A stretch of 64,000 nucleotides of DNA, from positions 1,296 to 65,295 of the forward strand of contig DATGXQ010000126.1 of assembly GCA_035298905.1 (NCBI GenBank). Reading direction: 5' to 3'. Position numbers and translations under genes: made by a program. A model generated the notes under the pieces. That model made no database searches. It was not told the origin of the DNA and was given only the letters and a program-made list of their open reading frames with translations. Shown one piece after another: positions 56,956-64,000 of this stretch. Every line of letters begins with the position of its first letter. The stretch's first letter is position 1. Source of the stretch: Nostocaceae cyanobacterium. GTDB taxonomy: Bacteria > Cyanobacteriota > Cyanobacteriia > Cyanobacteriales > Nostocaceae.

Positions 56956-57417
56956 TTAAATATTGGTTTGCATATATTCTATCGCCGCTTCTAATTTTGA
57001 GGGGTAGCTTTCTGCAAACCTTTCAAACCATAGACCCTCCGGTGATAAAGGATCTAACTTAGCTAACCAGTCTTTAGCTTGTTTTTCTAAAGCTTTTAAT
57101 TGTTGTTTTCTCAGTTTTGCTTGACGAATTTTCTCCTGTTCTATTTCTTGTTGTTTTCTTAACTCCTCAGCTGCATCTAAAGCCGCAAAATCCGATTTAA
57201 CTACATCCAACAAATCATCTAGTAATGAATCTGATTTGGATGCAGAAGAAATTGATGATTTAACTGAGTTGAGATTCAACTGCTGTGGTATTGCTACTGA
57301 TGGAGGTGTAGATGAAATTAAGGGTTTAGCTGGTGGGATGGGAGGCTGTTTAACTTCAGTTTTTTTTTCTGTGTATTCAGCCTGAAGTTCAGCTAATAGT
57401 TTATCAATGTTATCCAT
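56956..57417 (-). CDS. hypothetical coiled-coil protein
   Basis: 153 aa with a P/S-rich linker and a K/Q/E coiled coil. Lies 26 bp downstream of the vWA gene. Confidence 0.5.
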   Translation of the reverse strand: MDNIDKLLAELQAEYTEKKTEVKQPPIPPAKPLISSTPPSVAIPQQLNLNSVKSSISSASKSDSLLDDLLDVVKSDFAALDAAEELRKQQEIEQEKIRQAKLRKQQLKALEKQAKDWLAKLDPLSPEGLWFERFAESYPSKLEAAIEYMQTNI

Positions 57418-57443
57418 CTTTTTCTGTCCGATTTAAAGCGTAG

Positions 57444-58049
57444 CTAATCATTAATAGCATTTAATAACACTTCAGATAGGCTCATATCTTCCATATCTTC
57501 CATTGTTACGGTGTCACAAATATCAAATTTAGCACCCGCACTTTGTAGTTCATCATCTAAAATCTTCAAAAAGCGGCTGGCATGAGGATCTGTACCAACT
57601 TGAATAAAGGAGATTGCTAATTCTTCATCTCGATCCAAACGTCGAGAAGCCTCGATAATTACTTTCATTACTGCTTTGCGATCGTCCGGTTCGCCATCAG
57701 TTACAACTAATATTGTTTCACCATTAGGTTTAGCTTCACCACTGGCTTTGCGATGAAAGTAATCATCAGTAGCATGTTTTAATACACCTGCTAAATCGGT
57801 GCTGCCAGAAGGATCATTTTCGCGGAAAATTTGCGCTACTTTACTGGATGTTACATTATCATAGCGTTTGAATCTACCGGAAAATAAGTAAATTGTAATA
57901 CCATCTGGATCAAATTGTTCACACTTACTAGCCAAGGCTAGTGTCGATTCTTGAGCAGCTACCCATCTAGTTCTACCACCTTTTTGATCTGGTGTGGCCA
58001 TGCTGCCACTTTTATCAATAATTAATGTATAGTCCCGATTTTCCAACAT
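57444..58049 (-). CDS. vWA-domain protein (TerY/TerF-C-like), paralog 2
   Basis: MIDAS DKSGSM...TDGEPDD. Confidence 0.75.
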   Translation of the reverse strand: MLENRDYTLIIDKSGSMATPDQKGGRTRWVAAQESTLALASKCEQFDPDGITIYLFSGRFKRYDNVTSSKVAQIFRENDPSGSTDLAGVLKHATDDYFHRKASGEAKPNGETILVVTDGEPDDRKAVMKVIIEASRRLDRDEELAISFIQVGTDPHASRFLKILDDELQSAGAKFDICDTVTMEDMEDMSLSEVLLNAIND

Positions 58050-58155
58050 ATTTTTTTGTAGTCAGTGCTTAGTTGTCAATTTTGAAAATTTACTAGTAGC
58101 ACATCATAAAAATCAAGCCAATTTTTTAACTGTGCTACTAGAGCAATGCTAAATT

Positions 58156-58251
58156 ACAGCAGAATTCAGGAGTCAGGAGTCAGGAGTGAAAGCCGCTTGG
58201 TGTCTGAGTTTTGATTTTCAATTTGTACCTCATGTACTTGAAATCTGCTGT
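58156..58251 (+). repeat. MITE-like repeat, family B, between the two vWA paralogs
   Basis: ACAGCAGAATT(CAGGAGT)3...GCTTGGTGTCTGAGTTTTGATTTTCAATTTGTACCTCATGTACTTGAAATCTGCTGT. Confidence 0.8.
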
Positions 58252-58278
58252 ACGTATCTTATTCTCAATTGTTTTTAA

Positions 58279-58884
58279 TTAGTCAGTGATGGCATTCATT
58301 AACACATCTGTTAAACTCATATCTTCTAAGTCTTCTAAAGTGATTGTATCGCAAATATCAAACTTAGCACCAACACCTTGTAATTGATCATCTAAGGCTT
58401 TGAGGAATTTTGTGGCTTGGGGATCTGCTCCGACTTGAATCAGCGAAATGGCTAATTCTTCATCTTTCTCCATTTGTCGAGAGGCACTAATTATTACTTC
58501 AAATACTGCTTTACGGTCGTCTGGTTCGCCATCTGTAATCACTAAAATTGTCTCACCATTGGGTTTGGTTTGACCAGAAGCTTTGCGTTGAAAGTAATTA
58601 TTAGTTGCATCTTGTAAAACACCAGCTAAATTTGTTGTCCCAGCCGGATCATTTTCTTGGAATATTTGAGCAACTTTCGCGGTGGTTACATTTTCGTAAC
58701 GTTTGAAGCGACCTGAGAAAACATAGAGTGTAATGCCATCAGGGTCGAACTGTTCACATTTTCTGGCTAAGGCTACAGTAGACTCTTGGGCTATGTCCCA
58801 ACGGCTTCTACCCCCAGCTTGGTCAGGGGTGGACATACTACCGCTTTTGTCAATAATTAGTGTATAGTCACGATCGCTCATCAT
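58279..58884 (-). CDS. vWA-domain protein (TerY/TerF-C-like), paralog 1
   Basis: MIDAS DKSGSM...TDGEPDD. By eye about three quarters identical to paralog 2. Confidence 0.75.
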   Translation of the reverse strand: MMSDRDYTLIIDKSGSMSTPDQAGGRSRWDIAQESTVALARKCEQFDPDGITLYVFSGRFKRYENVTTAKVAQIFQENDPAGTTNLAGVLQDATNNYFQRKASGQTKPNGETILVITDGEPDDRKAVFEVIISASRQMEKDEELAISLIQVGADPQATKFLKALDDQLQGVGAKFDICDTITLEDLEDMSLTDVLMNAITD

Positions 58885-59080
58885 ATTAACCCTGTGATTA
58901 TTTTCCTATCTTTAGTTTATCCTTAAGTAGTAGCCAGGTATCGAAATTGAACAAATTCCTCACAATAATTTAAGTATTGACAACTTTCAAAACAGTATCT
59001 TGAGTACAGGCAATTAAACTACGTGATCGCCTTTGTACTAATTATGTAGACACTTGCCATCTAGAAAAGGGGAGAGGTTC

Positions 59081-59407
59081 TTAATTTGTCGAAACAACCA
59101 GCAAAGGTTGGGCTGAACGCAACACCGCCTCTAGTAAACCTGGAAACAGTGCTTCTAACTCCTCGCGGCGCAGTTGATTGATGTGCTGTGTCCCTTCCTT
59201 TCGTGTAAAGACGATCCCCGCTTCTCGTAATATTTTGAAATGATTCGACATAGTAGATTTGGCGATCGCAAAATCAAAGTCTGCACAGCACTGTTCCCCC
59301 CGCGTCGCCAAAAGCCTGACAATCTCTAGCCTGACGGGATCTCCCAAAGCGTACAACACACCTGCCAAAGAAATATTTTTCTGATCTGGGTGATATAAAA
59401 ATCTCAT
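59081..59407 (-). CDS. ArsR/SmtB-family transcriptional regulator
   Basis: LGDPVRLEIVRLL...STMSNHFKILREAGIV. Confidence 0.8.
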   Translation of the reverse strand: MRFLYHPDQKNISLAGVLYALGDPVRLEIVRLLATRGEQCCADFDFAIAKSTMSNHFKILREAGIVFTRKEGTQHINQLRREELEALFPGLLEAVLRSAQPLLVVSTN

Positions 59408-59444
59408 ACTTGAATATTCTCTAAAAATGGCCTATATTCTGTTT

Positions 59445-59461
59445 ATTCGATAATATCGAAT
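59445..59461. promoter_or_regulatory. perfect 8-1-8 palindrome ATTCGATA-A-TATCGAAT (operator candidate)
   Basis: Lies in the 80-bp divergent arsR-family/trxA intergenic region. Confidence 0.5.
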
Positions 59462-59487
59462 TAATGAAATAATTCAGGAGGACTACT

Positions 59488-59817
59488 ATGTCATCCGTTA
59501 CTAATGTCACCGAAGCCACCTTTAGACAAGAAGTACTAGAGAGCGAAACTCCAGTATTAGTTGACTTTTGGGCCCCTTGGTGTGGCCCTTGTCGGATGCT
59601 GTCTCCCGTTGTGGATGAAGTTGCATCCGAATATGACGGACAGGTAAAGGTAGTAAAACTGAACACTGATCAGAATCCTACCGTGGCCAGCCATTACGGT
59701 ATTCGGAGCATCCCTACCTTGATGGTATTTAAAGGTGGTCGGCAAGTCGATACTGTTGTCGGTGCAGTACCAAAAACAACTTTAGCTAAAGCTCTATCTC
59801 AACACATTCCTGTTTAG
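59488..59817 (+). CDS. trxA: thioredoxin
   Basis: WAPWCGPC active site. Confidence 0.9.
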   Translation: MSSVTNVTEATFRQEVLESETPVLVDFWAPWCGPCRMLSPVVDEVASEYDGQVKVVKLNTDQNPTVASHYGIRSIPTLMVFKGGRQVDTVVGAVPKTTLAKALSQHIPV

Positions 59818-59897
59818 TAATCAATAAATACTAACTAGGATGATTTATGTCAATTTCTGACCGTTAATAGTGGAATCTCTGTCAGGGTGAAAACAGA

Positions 59898-60692
59898 ATG
59901 GATCTGAAATTAACTGGTAAATCCGCACTAGTGACTGGTTCAACCGCAGGTATTGGCTTTGCGGTTGCCCAAACACTAGCCCAAGAGGGAGTATTAACAT
60001 TTGTTAATGGTCGATCGCCTGCAAGAGTGGCCGAGGCAGTAGCCAAAATTCAACAAGCCACTCCTGCTGCCCAAGTTTCTGGCATAGTTGCGGATCTTGG
60101 CACAGAAGCAGGAGCAGAGGAACTATTTCCACAACTGCCACAAATTGATATTCTGATTAATAACTTGGGAACTTACGAACCCAAAGCATTTTTTGATATT
60201 ACCGATGCTGATTGGTTAAAAATATTTGAGGTTAATGTCCTCAGTGGTGTGCGCTTAAGTCGGCACTACTTACCCAAAATGCTACAGCAGAACTGGGGCA
60301 GAATTATTTTTATTTCTAGTGAGTCGGGGGTGCAAATTCCCGTAGAAATGATTCACTATGGTACAACTAAAACCGCACAGTTAGCTATTTCCAGGGGTTT
60401 AGCCGAAATGACGGCCGGGACTGGTGTAACAGTAAATTCCGTGCTGCCAGGGCCAACCCGTTCTGAAGGAGTAGAGGAATTTATTCACAAGATTGCCCAA
60501 GAAAAAGGCGTTAGTACACAAGAAGTAGAAACGGAATTTTTCCAAAATCTGCGTCCGACTTCCTTGATTAAACGTTTTGCTACCACTGAAGAAGTAGCTA
60601 CAACAGTGGTTTATCTTGCCAGTCCTTTAGCTTCGGCAACAAATGGTGCAGCCGTGCGCGTAGATGGGGGCGTAGTTCGATCTATTATTTAA
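59898..60692 (+). CDS. short-chain dehydrogenase/reductase (SDR)
   Basis: TGSTAGIG, NNLG and Y..TK motifs. Confidence 0.8.
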   Translation: MDLKLTGKSALVTGSTAGIGFAVAQTLAQEGVLTFVNGRSPARVAEAVAKIQQATPAAQVSGIVADLGTEAGAEELFPQLPQIDILINNLGTYEPKAFFDITDADWLKIFEVNVLSGVRLSRHYLPKMLQQNWGRIIFISSESGVQIPVEMIHYGTTKTAQLAISRGLAEMTAGTGVTVNSVLPGPTRSEGVEEFIHKIAQEKGVSTQEVETEFFQNLRPTSLIKRFATTEEVATTVVYLASPLASATNGAAVRVDGGVVRSII

Positions 60693-60785
60693 TTGAGTAG
60701 CGATCGCCTAAAGCATAAATTTTAACCGACAGGATGATTTCATCCTCAATCACCAACGCTATAACTTACAAAAACACGGAATCTC

Positions 60786-61451
60786 ATGAGTACAATCACC
60801 ACTAATAAAGCTTTAGACGTACCTAGCGCCATTATCCAGCGCCGTTCCATCAAAACCTTTAAAACAGACCCCATCAGCCCAGAACTACTCAAGCAACTGG
60901 TAGAATTAACCGTTGCTGCCCCCAGTAGCTTTAACGTCCAACCTTGGCGGATTATTCTGGTACAAGACGAAGCCCAAAAAGCCGCACTAGCAGAAGCTGC
61001 TTGGAACCAAAAACAAGTTATTCAAGCACCTGTTACCTTTGTATTTGCCGCAGATGCCAGTGCAGGTGATCAAGATTTAACCCCCATTTTAGAGGAAGCA
61101 GCCAGAACAGGGGCTTGGAATGAAGGTACAGTTAACTACTTTAGAAATGCTATTCCCCAGTTCCAACAGACTTTGGGAGATAAGCGCCGGGAGTATGCCA
61201 TCAAAGATGCGATTATTGCCTCAACTCATCTAGTATTAGCGGCAGAAAGCTTAGGCTTATCTACCTGCTTTCTGAATGGTTGGATTGAGGATAAAGTAAA
61301 AGCTGTAATTGGTGCGGCTGACAATCCTGATCTAGCGATCGCCGTTTTAGTTCCCGTAGGTTATGCCGCAGAACCCCGTTTAAATCCCGGTCGTCTGCCA
61401 TTATCCTACAACGTCGCTGTAGATAGAATTGACAACCCCTATCAAGGCTAA
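60786..61451 (+). CDS. nitroreductase-family protein
   Basis: RRSIKTF...APSSFNVQPWR. Confidence 0.8.
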   Translation: MSTITTNKALDVPSAIIQRRSIKTFKTDPISPELLKQLVELTVAAPSSFNVQPWRIILVQDEAQKAALAEAAWNQKQVIQAPVTFVFAADASAGDQDLTPILEEAARTGAWNEGTVNYFRNAIPQFQQTLGDKRREYAIKDAIIASTHLVLAAESLGLSTCFLNGWIEDKVKAVIGAADNPDLAIAVLVPVGYAAEPRLNPGRLPLSYNVAVDRIDNPYQG

Positions 61452-61737
61452 AACTACAACCCGGTTTCTTTGGCATTCATCAAAGTAGAAGCCGGGTGAC
61501 TAATCTAGATTTTTCCAAAAAATTCATACCTAAGATAGATGTATGCAGATATTTCGAGCTAATTTGTTCTGCGTTCATATCTGCGACAGATTCCTGTTGG
61601 TGATGTAAATTTTTCATGCCTACGGAGAGAAGCTTGTAAAGCTGATATTGGCTAGAAAAGTAAAGTTGCAGTTTCTCTGGTCATAAAACAAAAGTCCAAA
61701 ATTCAACTTTTGCATTAATTAAATAGGAAGCACTACC

Positions 61738-62436
61738 ATGATTGACTTATATTATTGGACAACACCCAACGGTCATAAAATTACTATCTTCTTAGAAGAA
61801 ACTGGATTACCATACAAAATTATTCCGGTAAATATTGGTGCTGGTGAACAATTTAAACCGGAGTTTCTGAAAATTTCTCCTAATAATCGCATCCCGGCAA
61901 TTGTTGATCATCAACCAGTAAACGGTAGCGAACCAATTTCTATATTTGAATCTGGAGCAATTTTACTATATTTAGCAGAAAAAACAGGTCAATTAATTGC
62001 TGAAGATTTACGGGGAAGAGTAGAAGTTTTGCAATGGTTATTTTGGCAAATGGCTGGTTTAGGACCAATGGCAGGACAAAACCATCATTTTAGTGTTTAT
62101 GCACCCGAAAAAATCGAATATGCTATCAATCGTTATGTTAAAGAAACGGGGCGGTTATATGCAGTTTTAGATCAAAGATTAGCCGATAGAGAATTTGTGG
62201 CTGGTGATTATTCTATTGCCGATATTGCCATTTATCCTTGGATAGTTCCCCATGAACGCCAAAGCCAAAATTTAGATGATTTCCCCCATGTTAAACGCTG
62301 GTTTGAAACTATTAAAAGCCGTCCCGCAGTTATTCGCGCTTATGAAAAAGCCGAAGAGTTTAAAAATCAAACTCTAGATATTGAGAAATCAAGAGAGTTA
62401 TTGTTTAATCAATCAGCAGAAACAGTTAAACGTTAA
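61738..62436 (+). CDS. glutathione S-transferase (YfcG/YghU-like)
   Basis: LYYWTTPNGHKITIFLEE...ISPNNRIPAIVD...ESGAILLYLAEK. Confidence 0.8.
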   Translation: MIDLYYWTTPNGHKITIFLEETGLPYKIIPVNIGAGEQFKPEFLKISPNNRIPAIVDHQPVNGSEPISIFESGAILLYLAEKTGQLIAEDLRGRVEVLQWLFWQMAGLGPMAGQNHHFSVYAPEKIEYAINRYVKETGRLYAVLDQRLADREFVAGDYSIADIAIYPWIVPHERQSQNLDDFPHVKRWFETIKSRPAVIRAYEKAEEFKNQTLDIEKSRELLFNQSAETVKR

Positions 62437-62441
62437 ATTAT

Positions 62442-62639
62442 CTGTAGGGAACAGGGAACAGGGAACAGGGAACAGGTGAAGCAGCGCGGTCTTCTCCCAA
62501 AGGGAGAGGCTAACGCCAAGGGGGTTTCCCCCATAAGCGACTGCTGAACCCGAAGGGGAACAGGGAACAGGGTTGAAAGTCTTTTAGCATCAGGCTTTGT
62601 TCCTAACATTTGTACCTCATTTAGCTGAAATCTGCTGTA
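62442..62639 (+). repeat. MITE-like repeat, family A, carrying a nested ~80-bp insertion (62476-62556)
   Basis: The (GGGAACA)n array is interrupted by GTGAAGCAGCGCGGTCTTCTCCCAAAGGGAGAGGCTAACGCCAAGGGGGTTTCCCCCATAAGCGACTGCTGAACCCGAAGG. The array then resumes, followed by the usual tail. Confidence 0.75.
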
Positions 62640-62961
62640 TGTGTAGGGTGGGCATTTCTAGATTAAATTCTGAATTACAGCAAAAAATGCTAGGAAATGC
62701 CCACATTAAGTATCTAAATTCTCAGTAAACAAAGTGAAATCTTAGTAACTGCATTTTGTTGATTTAGATATCTGGTGAAAAAATGTACTAATTTCTTCAT
62801 TTGGAATTTTGTGTAAGTATTCAGAATACAGAATCCAGAATTCAGCATTTAAGAGACTTTTACAGTCAAGCTGAATGATTCTTAAGAAATATTACTACTA
62901 TCTATTCCTTATTGGATCAGCATTCTGACTTCTGACTTCTGACTCCTGAATTCTTACAATT

Positions 62962-62990
62962 TTGTTGGCGAAGCCTTGCCGAAGGCTATT
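62962..62990. repeat. second exact copy of the 29-bp mini-insert TTGTTGGCGAAGCCTTGCCGAAGGCTATT
   Basis: Identical to 30490-30518; adjacent to heptamer arrays. Confidence 0.85.
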
Positions 62991-63021
62991 GTGAATTTTG
63001 AATTTTCTCGGTAGATGTCTA

Positions 63022-64000
63022 ATGGAAAAAGCCGGTAATAATCGTGTCTCTTTGGGTTTGTTGGGTGCAGCTGCATTCATGGTAATAGCAGATGCTAGGG
63101 TAATTGACCCTTTATTACATATAATTGCTGAAGAATTTGATATTGGTGTAGGTGGTGCAGCGATAATTATTTCTGCTTACACTATCCCCTATGGGTTATT
63201 TCAATTATTTTATGGCCCTTTAGGCGATCGCATCGGTCGATTAAAAGTTATCACGTTTGCACTCACAGCTTTTGCTGTCGGTACTACCTTATGTGCGTTC
63301 GTTTCCAATATTGTCATTCTTACTCTGCTGCGGTTTCTGACAGGGATGTTTGCAGCCGGTATCATTCCCGTTACCCTGGCTTACATTGGTGATAACTTTC
63401 CCTATGCAGAACGTCAAACCGCTATTGGTAAGTATCTCAGCGCCTTGGTTTTAGGACAAGTCCTCAGCACCAGTTTAGGGGGGATTTTTGGGCAGTATAT
63501 TAGCTGGCGAGAAATATTTTTGGTTTTAGGGGGTATGTCGCTAATTATTGCCTTCCCGATGTGGCAAAAAAGCCGTAGTCACAAAACTAAGCCACATCAA
63601 CAAACTGGTGCTTGGTTTAAATTTCGCCCCTATTACGAATTGTTAACCCAACAGACAGCCAGAACTGTCATGATTGGGGTTTTGATCGAGGGTAGTTGTG
63701 CTTTAGGTGCGTATTCTTATACTGGTGCATTTTTGCGCGATCGCTTTAATATACCTTATTTAACCATTGGCTTTATGCTTGGTGGTTTTGGTTTGGGAGG
63801 CTTTGTTTATAGTCGTTGTGTGAAATGGTTAGTACAGCGTTTAGGTGAAAATGGTCTGATTGGGGTTGGTGGATGCTTGATGTTCATTGGCTATATAACC
63901 GTAGCATTTTTACCACATTGGACAGTATTTATCCCCATTAGTATGCTCATGGGACTAGCTTACTATATGCTACATGGTACTCTGCAAACCAGAGCCACAG
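63022..64000 (+). CDS. MFS transporter (3' end beyond the window)
   Basis: Own translation from the ATG at 63022 stays open to the window end. MFS motif A GPLGDRIGR. Confidence 0.75.
   Translation, partial: MEKAGNNRVSLGLLGAAAFMVIADARVIDPLLHIIAEEFDIGVGGAAIIISAYTIPYGLFQLFYGPLGDRIGRLKVITFALTAFAVGTTLCAFVSNIVILTLLRFLTGMFAAGIIPVTLAYIGDNFPYAERQTAIGKYLSALVLGQVLSTSLGGIFGQYISWREIFLVLGGMSLIIAFPMWQKSRSHKTKPHQQTGAWFKFRPYYELLTQQTARTVMIGVLIEGSCALGAYSYTGAFLRDRFNIPYLTIGFMLGGFGLGGFVYSRCVKWLVQRLGENGLIGVGGCLMFIGYITVAFLPHWTVFIPISMLMGLAYYMLHGTLQTRAT

Overview
The window looks like chromosomal DNA from a filamentous, probably heterocyst-forming cyanobacterium (Nostoc/Anabaena type). Evidence is the dense HIP1 octamer GCGATCGC, many 7-bp tandem STRR arrays, small nested dispersed repeats, and genes such as psb30/ycf12, a CpcS-like lyase, a CyaB1-type GAF-GAF-PAS adenylate cyclase and polyphosphate glucokinase.

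Layout:
- 1-~14642: the right-hand part of a plasmid-like integrative element. It carries an orphan N6-adenine methyltransferase, a Ycf46-like AAA+ ATPase, a KfrA-like coiled-coil protein, XRE and RHH regulators, a DUF3854/VirE-type primase-helicase, a PAPS-reductase-like PP-loop protein, an ASCH protein, a secreted SNase-like nuclease and a large serine recombinase at the very edge. It is inserted into comM/yifB; only the 3' fragment of that gene (14643-15266), starting at the Walker B motif, is in the window.
- 15.4-39.9 kb: core genes, including nucleoside phosphorylase, cyaB1-like cyclase, cysH, rbp, sbcD, an APC permease, recJ, psb30, a UPF0016 pair and a GHL10 hydrolase.
- 39.9-49.1 kb: a BMP-family (nucleoside-type) ABC transporter gene set interrupted twice by minus-strand inserts. 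The first insert (41062-44285) is my best candidate for an undescribed system. It encodes a short AAA+ ATPase, a protein with a DUF4157-style leader fused to a complete calpain-type cysteine protease triad, and two paralogous lipoproteins (possible immunity or inhibitor proteins).
- 49-64 kb: core metabolism (FAD oxidase, rtcA, ppgK, creatininase), a tandem pair of TerY-like vWA genes, and a redox/electrophile-stress cluster (azoR, hxlR, arsR, trxA, SDR, nitroreductase, GST, partial MFS) with clear palindromic operator candidates.

I saw no rRNA gene, tRNA gene or CRISPR array. All family assignments come from motif recognition by eye; I ran no database search.
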